Shown here: positions 11,368 through 20,148 of the stretch, in pieces
How the letters are laid out: each line of letters begins with the position of its first letter
Position numbering within the stretch: position 1 is the first letter of the stretch
Assembly (NCBI GenBank): GCA_043812955.1
Contig: JBDRLN010000061.1
Location: 7,231 to 71,230, forward strand
Direction of reading: 5' to 3'
Source of the DNA: Candidatus Omnitrophota bacterium
GTDB taxonomy: Bacteria > Omnitrophota > Gorgyraeia > Gygaellales > Profunditerraquicolaceae
Length of the DNA: 64,000 nucleotides
Position numbers and translations under genes: made by a program
The notes under the pieces: model-generated
Seen by the model: the letters and a program-made list of their open reading frames with translations, nothing else
The model's database searches: none
Told to the model about the DNA's origin: nothing

Positions 11368-12000
11368 TTATTTTGAATATAACTCGACTATCAACTGTTC
11401 CTGGATCGGCTGCTGGATATCGTCCTTCTCCGGCAAGCGTAAAACCTTAGCCTGATGAAGGTTAATATTAAATTCCAACCACGCAGGTACTGTCCTGTCT
11501 TTGGTAAGTTCAAGATTATCCTTGATCTTAACCATTGCTTTATCCTTGGCTTTTAATTGGACGCTGTCGTCTTTGGCGATCAAATAAGAAGGTATGTTTA
11601 CCCGTTTAGAATTAACCCAAATGAAATTATGCCGGACTATCTGCCTGGCCTGAGCCCGAGAAGAAGCCAATCCTAAACGAAAAACTACATTATCCAGCCT
11701 TCTCTCCAAAAGCTGCAACAATACCTTACCGGTTACGCCTTTGGATTTAGAGGCGATTTTAAAATAACGGCGGAACTGTTTTTCAAAAAGACCGTACATT
11801 CTTTTTACTTTTTGTTTCTCTCTTAACTGCAAGCCGTAATTTGAAAGTTTGATCCGGGCCTTGGCTTCTCCATGCTGTCCCGGGACATAACCCCTTTTAG
11901 CCAGCCCGCATTTTTCAGTATTGCACCTGGTGCCTTTAAGAAATAGTTTTTGTTGATCTCTCCTGCATAACCGGCATACCGGTCCTGTATACCTTCCCAT
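11368..12000 (-). CDS. rpsD: 30S ribosomal protein S4
   Basis: MGRYTGPVCRLCRR...LIVELYSK; start reset to 12000. Confidence 0.97.
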   Translation of the reverse strand: MGRYTGPVCRLCRRDQQKLFLKGTRCNTEKCGLAKRGYVPGQHGEAKARIKLSNYGLQLREKQKVKRMYGLFEKQFRRYFKIASKSKGVTGKVLLQLLERRLDNVVFRLGLASSRAQARQIVRHNFIWVNSKRVNIPSYLIAKDDSVQLKAKDKAMVKIKDNLELTKDRTVPAWLEFNINLHQAKVLRLPEKDDIQQPIQEQLIVELYSK

Positions 12001-12005
12001 ATATA

Positions 12006-12449
12006 CTATACTCTCCTTTTCTTTTTCGGACGACAACCATTGTGCGGAATAGGAGTAACGTCTTTAATCGCGGTTATTACTAAACCGGTGGCTTGTAACG
12101 CCCTGATTGCTGATTCTCTACCTGGTCCAGGGCCTTTTACCCATACTTCAACTTCCTGCAAGCCCAGATCCTTTGCCTTTTTAGCCGCGTCACCAGCAGC
12201 TGTTTGAGCGGCAAAAGGCGTAGACCTCTTAGAACCACTATAACCTACAATCCCCGGAGATGACCAGGCAATAGTATTACCCTGTTTATCGGTAATAGTA
12301 ATTACAGTATTATTGAAACTCGCCTGGATATGAGCAATCCCGGAAGTTATACCTTTAAGACCCTTCTTTTTTTTACTGGTTGTTGAGGTTGGAGTTGCAG
12401 TTGTAGTTGATGTAGTTGGTGTAGCTGGTGTTGTTGGTTTTTCGGTCAT
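12006..12449 (-). CDS. rpsK: 30S ribosomal protein S11 with Thr/Pro-rich N-terminal extension
   Basis: [20 protein letters not shown]. Confidence 0.97.
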   Translation of the reverse strand: MTEKPTTPATPTTSTTTATPTSTTSKKKKGLKGITSGIAHIQASFNNTVITITDKQGNTIAWSSPGIVGYSGSKRSTPFAAQTAAGDAAKKAKDLGLQEVEVWVKGPGPGRESAIRALQATGLVITAIKDVTPIPHNGCRPKKKRRV

Positions 12450-12451
12450 TT

Positions 12452-12835
12452 TTATTCCTTTTTAGCTTTAGCTATGGCAATATTGCCTTTACGCGGGCCT
12501 TTTCTGGTCCGGGCATTGGTCCGGGTTCTTTGCCCGCGGCAAGGTAGCCCTCTTTTATGGCGCATACCGCGATATGAGCCTATATCCATTAATCTCTTAA
12601 TATTTTGCGATATATCCCGACGCAAATCCCCCTCTACCTTATAATTGCCTTTCTGGATTATATTGACGATGCGCGATATCTCCTCTTCAGTCAAATCCTT
12701 GGCCCGCTTATCCGGGCTTATCTGGGCTTCTTTGAGTATCTGATTAGCCAGGAATCTACCAATGCCGTAAATATAACATAAAGATATCTCTATTCTTTTC
12801 TCCTTGGGTATATCTATACCTAAAAGCCTGGGCAC
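12452..12835 (-). CDS. rpsM: 30S ribosomal protein S13
   Basis: [29 protein letters not shown]. Confidence 0.98.
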   Translation of the reverse strand: MPRLLGIDIPKEKRIEISLCYIYGIGRFLANQILKEAQISPDKRAKDLTEEEISRIVNIIQKGNYKVEGDLRRDISQNIKRLMDIGSYRGMRHKRGLPCRGQRTRTNARTRKGPRKGNIAIAKAKKE

Positions 12836-12850
12836 TTTATTTCCTCCTTA

Positions 12851-12920
12851 TATCGGTTTTCGGTTTACGGTTTTCAGTTTACGGTATTGGCCGCTAACCG
12901 ATAACCGCTAACCGATAACC
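12851..12920. repeat. Inverted heptamer array, CGGTTT(A/T) family
   Basis: (CGGTTTT CGGTTTA)-type units x5 facing (CCGCTAA CCGATAA) x2. Confidence 0.85.
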
Positions 12921-12924
12921 TTAG

Positions 12925-13038
12925 CTATCCTTGTCTTTGTTTGTGTTTAGGATTAGAACATATAACCCTAACAATACCTCTACGCTTAATAATCTTACAC
13001 TTATCGCATATCTTCCTGATTGATGCTTTTACTTTCAC
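12925..13038 (-). CDS. rpmJ: 50S ribosomal protein L36 (absent from ORF track)
   Basis: GTG start; [37 protein letters not shown]. Confidence 0.97.
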   Translation of the reverse strand: MKVKASIRKICDKCKIIKRRGIVRVICSNPKHKQRQG

Positions 13039-13085
13039 TTGAGTTTTCTCTCCATTCTTTACTATAATCTATACCTCTACCTATT

Positions 13086-13304
13086 TTATTTTACTCTAAA
13101 CGTAATCCTCCCCCGGCCTAAATCATAAGGAGAAAGTTCAAGTTTTACTTTATCTCCCGGTAATATCCTTATAAAATTCATTCTCATTTTTCCGGATACA
13201 TGCGCGGTAACTATATGCCCGTTTTCTAATTCTACCTTAAACACCGCGTTGGGTAACGCCTCTACAACCTTACCCTCAGTTTCTATTAACTCTTCCTTAC
13301 CCAT
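13086..13304 (-). CDS. infA: Translation initiation factor IF-1
   Basis: [28 protein letters not shown]; GGAG RBS before 13304. Confidence 0.97.
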   Translation of the reverse strand: MGKEELIETEGKVVEALPNAVFKVELENGHIVTAHVSGKMRMNFIRILPGDKVKLELSPYDLGRGRITFRVK

Positions 13305-13312
13305 ACTCTCCT

Positions 13313-13417
13313 CGAACACAATTATGCGTCGTAGACGCATTCAGTGAGATGCCGCTTGCGGCGCGAGCACTATTATGCATCGTAAAACGCATCTAACGAG
13401 ATCCCGCCGTAGCGGGA
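13313..13417. repeat. Tandem pair of REP-like double-hairpin units
   Basis: GA(A/G)CAC..ATGCGTC-GTA-GACGCAT..GAGAT plus GC hairpin, twice; related unit at 56828. Confidence 0.7.
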
Positions 13418-14164
13418 CTATAAACAGGTTAAAATTTCAGCTTCTTTTTCAGTAACTGCTACCGTATGCTCGAAATGCGCGGAAGGCATTCCATCAACTG
13501 CAACTGCTGTCCACCCGTCGCTCAAAACCCGGCAATCCAATTTGCCCATATTCACCATTGGCTCAATCGCTAAAACCATCCCGGGTTTTAAAATATCTCC
13601 CCGGTTAGGCTGGCCAAAATTAGGTATTTCCGGTTCTTCGTGAAGCTGCCTGCCTATGCCATGGCCGACAAACTGCCTGACTATTGAAAATCCGTTCTTT
13701 TCCACATATTGCTGAATAGCATAAGATATATCCGAAAGATTATTATTTGTCCTAGCCTGTTTTATGCCGAAAATTAAAGATTTTCTGGTTACATCTATGA
13801 GCTTTTTTGCCTGAGAGCTAATTTTACCTACTCCTACCGTAACCGCCATATCTGAGAAATAACCTTTATACTTTATGCCTACATCTAGGCTTACGATATC
13901 GCCATCTTTTATTTGCCTGTCTTTAGGGATACCGTGAACAATTTCTTCGTTTATTGATATACAAATATCTTCCGGATAACCCCGGTAACCTTTAAACGCT
14001 GAAGCTACCCCTTGTGCTTCTATATACCTGCCGGCTAAATCATTGATCTGTCTTGTGGTTATCCCCGGCTTTACGCTCTCTCGCAATCTATTAACTATCC
14101 CCGCTATTATCCTGCCTGCCTCGCGCATGGCTTGCAAATCTTGAACGGATTTTATCGGGATCAT
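13418..14164 (-). CDS. map: Methionine aminopeptidase
   Basis: HGIP, GHGIG..LHEEP, AIEPM, SAHFEHT. Confidence 0.97.
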   Translation of the reverse strand: MIPIKSVQDLQAMREAGRIIAGIVNRLRESVKPGITTRQINDLAGRYIEAQGVASAFKGYRGYPEDICISINEEIVHGIPKDRQIKDGDIVSLDVGIKYKGYFSDMAVTVGVGKISSQAKKLIDVTRKSLIFGIKQARTNNNLSDISYAIQQYVEKNGFSIVRQFVGHGIGRQLHEEPEIPNFGQPNRGDILKPGMVLAIEPMVNMGKLDCRVLSDGWTAVAVDGMPSAHFEHTVAVTEKEAEILTCL

Positions 14165-14169
14165 TGCTA

Positions 14170-14811
14170 TTATCTTATAACCTTGAAGATCTCATTTAAG
14201 ACCGGCTCTGCCTCAGCATCAGCCTTAATCTTAATTAATCTATCCGTGATGCTATAATAATCAATAAGACAAGTCACCTCCTGGCGATAAACCTCTAAGC
14301 GTTTCTTGATAGTCTCTTCTTTATCATCGCTTCTTTGATAGAGCTCGCCCCCGCAATGGTCGCAAACCATACTTTTTTTGGGAGGCATATTCTTAACGTG
14401 AAAATTAGCTGAGCAAAACCTACAGACCAGCCTTCCGGTAATACGCTGGATTATTACCGGTTCACTAGCATCCAAGTAAATAACTTTATTGATGCTGCTT
14501 CTCTTATCCTCCAACACCTCGTCCAGCCTTTTAGCCTGAGTAAGATTACGAGGATATCCGTCTAATATAAACCCTTTTTCGATATCCGGCTGATCCAATC
14601 TATCAATCAACATTTGAGTAACCAACTCATCCGGTACCAGCGCCCCCTTATTCATAAAATCTTTGGCTTGCGTACCTAAGGAAGTATTATTCGCCACATT
14701 CTGCCTTAATAGGTCTCCGGTAGAGATATGGGGCGATTTAATTTTTTCAGCGACTCTTTTTGCCTGTGTCCCCTTGCCCGCCCCCGGAGGCCCCAGCATG
14801 ATAATATTCAT
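14170..14811 (-). CDS. adk: Adenylate kinase
   Basis: GPPGAGKGTQA, LDGYPR, Zn-binding lid. Confidence 0.97.
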   Translation of the reverse strand: MNIIMLGPPGAGKGTQAKRVAEKIKSPHISTGDLLRQNVANNTSLGTQAKDFMNKGALVPDELVTQMLIDRLDQPDIEKGFILDGYPRNLTQAKRLDEVLEDKRSSINKVIYLDASEPVIIQRITGRLVCRFCSANFHVKNMPPKKSMVCDHCGGELYQRSDDKEETIKKRLEVYRQEVTCLIDYYSITDRLIKIKADAEAEPVLNEIFKVIR

Positions 14812-14830
14812 ATATATTAATTGTTTGATT

Positions 14831-14854
14831 TAAATCTTCAATCTACAATCTGCA
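14831..14854. repeat. Short heptamer array
   Basis: TAAATCT TCAATCT ACAATCT GCA after secY stop. Confidence 0.45.
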
Positions 14855-14857
14855 CTG

Positions 14858-16204
14858 CTATCTTCTACCCTTGATTCTAGCGCCCTTAATAAAACCTTCA
14901 TAGTTGTGCATAACTAAGTGTGATTCAATCTGCTTTACCGTATCCAGCATTACCCCTACCACAATTAATACACTGGTTCCTCCGGCAAAAGAAGCAACTA
15001 AATATGGCACCTTTAGCCAAGCCATAATAAAATCCGGCAGGATCGCTATGATTGCTATAAAAATAGCACCGGCTAAGGTAATTCGGGTCATTACAAAATC
15101 CAGGTATTCCGAGGTTGGATTACCCGGCCGGATGCCCGGGATAAACCCCCCGTATTTTTTCATATTCTCGGAAATATCTATCGGATTAAAGACAATCGCG
15201 GTATAAAAATAACAGAAAAAAATAATTAAAAGCGAAAAAACTACAGTATATAGCAAATGACCCCTAACTAAATTCTGGGCCCACATCTGAAATGCCGGAT
15301 TAGGTATAAATGACGCCAAGGTTGCCGGAAAAAGTATTATTGACTGGGCAAAAATAATGGCGATTACTCCTGAAGTATCTACTTTTAAAGGAATATAAGT
15401 GGATTGACCGCCGTAAATCTTTCTGCCTACCACGCGGCGGGCATATTGAACCGGTATTTTTCTCTGGCCTTGAGTAATCATAATGACCGAGAAAACTACC
15501 GCGCATAATAAAACTGCCATCACCAGAATAGTTAAAGGCTGGATCTGCCTGCGGGCGGGTGAAAAAGGAGAAATTAAAACCCATAACTGAGCGATTGCCG
15601 CCGGGATACGTGAGATTATGCCGGCAGTAATTACTAATGATATGCCGTTACCAATACCTCTCTCCTGTATCTGCTCGCCTAACCACATGATAAAAATAGT
15701 GCCGGTGGTTAAAGTAAATACCGTCAATATCCGAAACCCGATCCCTGGCTGCATCACTATTTTTAATCCTTCAAACCGAGCCGGATTCTCCAACCACATA
15801 GCAATAAAAAAAGACTGAATCAACGCCAGTACCACTGTGCCGCAACGGGTAAACTGGTTTATCTTTTCATAACCAGCTTTGCCTTCTTTGGCAATTTTTT
15901 CCAATTGAGGAATAACTGCCGTCAAAAGCTGCATAATGATTGAAGCTGAAATATAAGGCATGATCCCTAAAGCAAAAATAGTCAGCCTCTCCATAGCGCC
16001 GCCGGAGAACATATTCATTATGCCAAAGAGCGTACCACCCTGGGTCTTAGCTATACGGTTAAAGAATTCACCCAGAGCCACCCCATCAATTCCGGGGGTA
16101 GGAACATAACAACCAACGCGGTAAACCGCGATCAAGATTCCGGTAATAATCAGCCTGCGCTTTAAATCCGGTATTTTAAAAGAATTGACTAACGCGCTAA
16201 GCAT
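14858..16204 (-). CDS. secY: Preprotein translocase SecY
   Basis: ALGIMPYISASII, GIGNGIS, FIPGIRPG. Confidence 0.98.
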   Translation of the reverse strand: MLSALVNSFKIPDLKRRLIITGILIAVYRVGCYVPTPGIDGVALGEFFNRIAKTQGGTLFGIMNMFSGGAMERLTIFALGIMPYISASIIMQLLTAVIPQLEKIAKEGKAGYEKINQFTRCGTVVLALIQSFFIAMWLENPARFEGLKIVMQPGIGFRILTVFTLTTGTIFIMWLGEQIQERGIGNGISLVITAGIISRIPAAIAQLWVLISPFSPARRQIQPLTILVMAVLLCAVVFSVIMITQGQRKIPVQYARRVVGRKIYGGQSTYIPLKVDTSGVIAIIFAQSIILFPATLASFIPNPAFQMWAQNLVRGHLLYTVVFSLLIIFFCYFYTAIVFNPIDISENMKKYGGFIPGIRPGNPTSEYLDFVMTRITLAGAIFIAIIAILPDFIMAWLKVPYLVASFAGGTSVLIVVGVMLDTVKQIESHLVMHNYEGFIKGARIKGRR

Positions 16205-16215
16205 TAATAACCTCT

Positions 16216-16478
16216 GGTATAATCTTCAGGTATAAATCTTAGGGATTATACCTGATTACTGAGATTAATAAAGATTACTGCGATTAAACCATTAATCGCC
16301 TTATTAGACAACTTTGTTACTAAAGTTTAGTAATAACCCTATCGGTTATAGAGTCTCTATTTTTAATCTCTGTAATCTCACTTTTCCCGCTAGTCGCGGG
16401 ATCCCGCCAGATAAGAGATTATTGAGCGGGATAATCATTGTAATCAGACATCCTTACTTCTTTCTCATTATAGGATGT
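16216..16478 (-). mobile_element. Nonamer inverted-repeat element with internally deleted GxxExxY-like gene remnant, inserted in rplO 3' end
   Basis: Ends shared with 29811-29960; AG direct repeats; excision restores rplO ...GGKIEVINA*. Confidence 0.75.
16284..16439 (-). pseudogene. Collapsed GxxExxY-like gene (N-terminus fused to C-terminus)
   Basis: MIKSEITEIKNRDSITD (after removing nested hairpin) then GLLLNFSNK / frameshift / SCLIRRLMV*; family assigned by recognition, not by search. Confidence 0.55.
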
Positions 16479-16980
16479 CTATTTTACCGCCTGTATTTTT
16501 TATCTTCTCCTGAGCCTTTTTAGAAAAGGCATGGGCATAAATTATCTTCGCTGCCTTAAGCTCGCCATTGCCCAGTATCTTTACAGGCAAAGATTTACTT
16601 TTGATAAAGCCTTTTTCCAGCATTAACGCCGGATTGATCATATCTTCTTTGACCTTGGTTAAAACCTCCAGATTAACTACCTGATATACTTTCGGGGATC
16701 TGCTATGGAACCCGCGTTTGGGCATCTTACGGATAAGTGGAGACTGGCCTCCTTCGAATCCCAGATAAGTACCAGGGCCTGAACGCGAAGTCGCGCCTTT
16801 ACTTCCCCGGGTTGAAGTCTTTCCATGCCCCGAGCCTGCTCCCCGGCCTAAAAGCTTTCTCTTCTTATGGGAACCATGAGGCGCTTTTAGGTTATGCAGC
16901 CCGATTTTTTTCAGATCCACATTTGTTTTTTGTTTTATTTCAGGTTGTTGAACCGCTATTGTTCTTTTAGTCTTGAGCAT
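16468..16980 (-). CDS. rplO: 50S ribosomal protein L15
   Basis: GRGAGSGHGKTSTRGSKG, GFEGGQ; start uncertain; last codons come from the inserted element. Confidence 0.95.
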   Translation of the reverse strand: MLKTKRTIAVQQPEIKQKTNVDLKKIGLHNLKAPHGSHKKRKLLGRGAGSGHGKTSTRGSKGATSRSGPGTYLGFEGGQSPLIRKMPKRGFHSRSPKVYQVVNLEVLTKVKEDMINPALMLEKGFIKSKSLPVKILGNGELKAAKIIYAHAFSKKAQEKIKNTGGKIDIL

Positions 16981-17439
16981 TTATTTTTTTCCCTTTAAAT
17001 CTCCTAAAGCTACCATAGTAGCCTTGATTACGTTAATAGGATTATTAGATTTTAAAGATTTAGTCAGGATATCCTTGATTCCACAAGCCTCGCATACTGC
17101 CCTGACCGGGCCGCAGGCGATTACTCCTGTTCCTTCGGAAGCCGGCTTTAAAAGAACCAAGGCCCCGCCATACTTACCCAGAACTTCGTGAGGGATACTT
17201 GAGTTTTCCACTCCAATCTTAACTAAATCTTTTTTAGCCCGGCCCAGCCCTTTACGTATGGCATCGGCAACCTCGTTTGCCTTACCTAAAGCAAAGCCCA
17301 CCCGGCCGTTCCTATCCCCGACAACCACCAGGGCGCTGAAAGACATATTCTTCCCGCCCTTAGTTACCTTGGTAACCCTGTTGATCGAAACTATCTTCTC
17401 GCTTAACTCTGATTGCTGTTGAATATTCATTTCGCGCAT
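16981..17439 (-). CDS. rpsE: 30S ribosomal protein S5
   Basis: [28 protein letters not shown]. Confidence 0.97.
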   Translation of the reverse strand: MREMNIQQQSELSEKIVSINRVTKVTKGGKNMSFSALVVVGDRNGRVGFALGKANEVADAIRKGLGRAKKDLVKIGVENSSIPHEVLGKYGGALVLLKPASEGTGVIACGPVRAVCEACGIKDILTKSLKSNNPINVIKATMVALGDLKGKK

Positions 17440-17802
17440 TTAAAACTCCAATCCTGCTTTTCTTAAGGAATCGGCAAAAGCCTTGACCCTTCCGTGATAT
17501 AAATAACCAGCCCGGTCAAAAACAATTTTTTTTATCCCCTTTTCAACTGCCCGCCTGGCAAACACTTCCCCGAAAAACTCCGCGGCCTTAATGTTTCCCG
17601 GAGCGGGAAATTTTGCCTTTATTTCTTTATCCAGAGTCGATAAAGAGAATACCGTATTATTTGATGTATCATCGACCAACTGGGCAAATAAATTCTTCAA
17701 ACCCCGGTTTAGCACTAAACGAGGGCGTTCGCTATTGCCTTTTATACGCACGCGAATTCGCTTATGCCTTCCTATTTGTTTTATCAATTTTTTATTTTTC
17801 AT
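17440..17802 (-). CDS. rplR: 50S ribosomal protein L18
   Basis: RPRL, VFDRAGYLYHGRVKA. Confidence 0.97.
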   Translation of the reverse strand: MKNKKLIKQIGRHKRIRVRIKGNSERPRLVLNRGLKNLFAQLVDDTSNNTVFSLSTLDKEIKAKFPAPGNIKAAEFFGEVFARRAVEKGIKKIVFDRAGYLYHGRVKAFADSLRKAGLEF

Positions 17803-17803
17803 A

Positions 17804-18352
17804 TTACTTTCCGCCAGATGCCTGGGCCTTTCCTACTTTTTTCTTTACGTATTCTCCCAAATAACGCACGCCTTTGCCCTTATAGGGTTCAGGCGGGTAT
17901 ACCGAACGTATCTCAGCAGCCAGCTCGCCGACTTTTTCCTTGTCAATCCCCCAAATCACAATCTGAGTTAGCTTAGGGGCCTCTAACTTTATCCCCTCAG
18001 GTATATTAAAAATTACCGGATGAGAAAATCCCAAATTCATAGTCAGGGTATTCCCCTGAACTACGGCTTTAAAACCCACACCGTTTATCTCCAGCTCCTT
18101 GACATAGCCTTCAGTCACACCCTTAAGCATGTTCCCAACCAGAGCCCTGACTAAGCCCTGCTGGGCCTTATCCAGTTTTGTATTCCCCGCGCGGGTAACG
18201 AAAACCTGATTATCCTTGACTTCCAGGCCAATCCTATCGCTAAAGGTCCGGGCCAATTTACCTTTTGGGCCTTCAATAGAAATAAAACTCCCTTTTATCT
18301 CTACCTTAGTATCTTTAGGTAGGCTTACTGGCTTTCTTCCGATTCTTGACAT
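17804..18352 (-). CDS. rplF: 50S ribosomal protein L6
   Basis: MSRIGRKP, PEPYKGKG. Confidence 0.98.
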   Translation of the reverse strand: MSRIGRKPVSLPKDTKVEIKGSFISIEGPKGKLARTFSDRIGLEVKDNQVFVTRAGNTKLDKAQQGLVRALVGNMLKGVTEGYVKELEINGVGFKAVVQGNTLTMNLGFSHPVIFNIPEGIKLEAPKLTQIVIWGIDKEKVGELAAEIRSVYPPEPYKGKGVRYLGEYVKKKVGKAQASGGK

Positions 18353-18386
18353 GAAGCTTACTCCTTTACCTTTTTATTGAACACTA

Positions 18387-18417
18387 CACCCCGTAGGTGG
18401 AGTCCACCTACGGGGTG
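18387..18417. repeat. 31-bp REP-like palindrome, copy 2
   Basis: CACCCCGTAGGTGGA-G-TCCACCTACGGGGTG. Confidence 0.9.
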
Positions 18418-18426
18418 GAAATGGTA

Positions 18427-18822
18427 TTACCAGATATACCCAATGACCTCGCCGCCGGCCCTTTGTTCCCGGGCTTCCTTATCCGTCAAAATACCTTTAG
18501 ATGTCGAAATAATCGCCAAACCTCTGCCCCGCAAAACATACGGAATTTTATCATGGGTAACATATTTACGCAACCCCGGCCTGGATACGCGTTTTATACC
18601 GCTGATTACGCATTTCTTACCGCTGTATTTTAGATAGACCCTTAAAGAACCCTGTTTTTTATCCTCGATTAATTTAAAATTGTCTATGTATTCTTCTCTC
18701 TTTAATATCTCCAGAATACATTTAACAACCTTACAAGCAGGAATATCCAAATTCTCTTTTTTAGCCATCATCGCGTTTCTTATGATAGTAAAAGCATCAG
18801 CTATAGAATCTGTCCTAGACAT
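18427..18822 (-). CDS. rpsH: 30S ribosomal protein S8
   Basis: DSIAD..IRN, SRPGLR, STSKG, GGE. Confidence 0.97.
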   Translation of the reverse strand: MSRTDSIADAFTIIRNAMMAKKENLDIPACKVVKCILEILKREEYIDNFKLIEDKKQGSLRVYLKYSGKKCVISGIKRVSRPGLRKYVTHDKIPYVLRGRGLAIISTSKGILTDKEAREQRAGGEVIGYIW

Positions 18823-18848
18823 TTATCTTATTTCTCCTTTAGTTTTAC

Positions 18849-19034
18849 TTACCAACTGGATTTCTTGATGCCAGGGATCAAACCCTGCCAGGCTAATTCC
18901 CTGAAACATATCCGGCAGAGCGCAAATCTCCTTAAGTACCCGCCTGAGCGGCCGCAGATGCGGCAACGGTTATATTCCCGGGTAGAAAACTTCTTTTTTC
19001 CCTTCCATCTGTTTATCTGCGATGTCTTAGCCAT
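18849..19034 (-). CDS. rpsN: 30S ribosomal protein S14, Zn-binding type
   Basis: RCRICGR...[12 protein letters not shown]. Confidence 0.97.
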   Translation of the reverse strand: MAKTSQINRWKGKKKFSTREYNRCRICGRSGGYLRRFALCRICFRELAWQGLIPGIKKSSW

Positions 19035-19070
19035 ATCTTTAAATCATTCTCCTTATTGTTCCTTGCCTTT

Positions 19071-19130
19071 TCCCGACCCTGACTTTGAATAGTCGGGATC
19101 CCGCTTAATTTTTTATTGATCCTTGCGGGA
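19071..19130. mobile_element. 60-bp double-hairpin insertion in rplE 3' end
   Basis: TCCCGAC..GTCGGGA TCCCGC..GCGGGA; removal restores GMPFKGKEQ* followed by RBS. Confidence 0.65.
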
Positions 19131-19667
19131 AAAAGGCATTCCAAATAATCTCAAGAATTCTCTGGCCTCTTCTTCGGTCCTGGCATTTTTAATTACAAAG
19201 GTTATATCCATTCCCTGGACCCGGGAAATCCGATCATAATCTATTTCCGGAAAAATACCCTGTTCCGAAAGCCCCAGGGTATAATTACCCGCTTTATCAA
19301 AAGACCTGCTTGGCACCCCCCGGAAATCCCGGATACGCGGAAGAGCTACATTTATCAGCCTATCCATAAATTCATACATCATTGTCTTCCTTAAAGTAAC
19401 TTTACAGCCTATAGGTTGCCCATCCCTAATCTTAAAATTAGCAATAGCCTTCTTGGCCCGGAGCATAATCGGCTTTTGCCCGGTAATAGTGGCTAATTCG
19501 TCCATCGCCTTCTCTAATATTTTAATATCCCCGAGCGCCTCGCCTACGCCCATATTTACCACAATCTTCTCAATCTTGGGGCACGCGTTCTTATTTTTAA
19601 ACTTAAAGGTCTCCATCATCTTCGGAATTATTTCATTGCGATACTTTTCTAGCAATCTCGGCGTCAT
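19113..19667 (-). CDS. rplE: 50S ribosomal protein L5
   Basis: [22 protein letters not shown]. Confidence 0.98.
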   Translation of the reverse strand: MTPRLLEKYRNEIIPKMMETFKFKNKNACPKIEKIVVNMGVGEALGDIKILEKAMDELATITGQKPIMLRAKKAIANFKIRDGQPIGCKVTLRKTMMYEFMDRLINVALPRIRDFRGVPSRSFDKAGNYTLGLSEQGIFPEIDYDRISRVQGMDITFVIKNARTEEEAREFLRLFGMPFSRKDQ

Positions 19668-19681
19668 AATATAAGTCCTTA

Positions 19682-19993
19682 TTATATGGTTTCTTTACAA
19701 TTTTTACAAAATCTTATCTTGGTCTTATCTTCTAGGAACTTAAAACCTACGCGGGCCGCCCGACTGCAACCTTTGCAGAAATACATAACATTAGCTATAT
19801 TTAACGGCCTCTCTATAGAAACAATCCCCCCCTGTTGATTGGTCTGAGTCTTACGCATTGCCTTTTTGGCCAGGTTTATGCCCTCAACAATAACCCGGCC
19901 TTCGCCAGCCAATACGCTTAATACCTTGCCTTTTTTGCCTTTGTCCTTGCCTTTAACTACCTGAACAATATCGCCTTTTTTAATCTTTAACAT
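19682..19993 (-). CDS. rplX: 50S ribosomal protein L24
   Basis: IKKGD.V..GKDKGK.GKV. Confidence 0.97.
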   Translation of the reverse strand: MLKIKKGDIVQVVKGKDKGKKGKVLSVLAGEGRVIVEGINLAKKAMRKTQTNQQGGIVSIERPLNIANVMYFCKGCSRAARVGFKFLEDKTKIRFCKNCKETI

Positions 19994-20008
19994 GTCTTTT
20001 CCTTATAT

Positions 20009-20148
20009 AGTTATTGCTGAAAAACCCAGCAATAACTTTATTTTGGAGATTTTTAAAAAGATTACAGAGATTTATCCGAGGATGTTTAATCTTGTAATCT
20101 GTATTTTAATCGCTGAAATCAAGTTAACACTGCTTTTTCAGTGTTAAC
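20009..20148. mobile_element. Hairpin / nonamer inverted repeat / hairpin element at rplN stop
   Basis: AGTTATTGCTG and AGTTAACACTG hairpins flank GATTAC/GTAATC repeats; TATAT direct repeats at 20004-20008 and 20149-20153. Confidence 0.7.
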
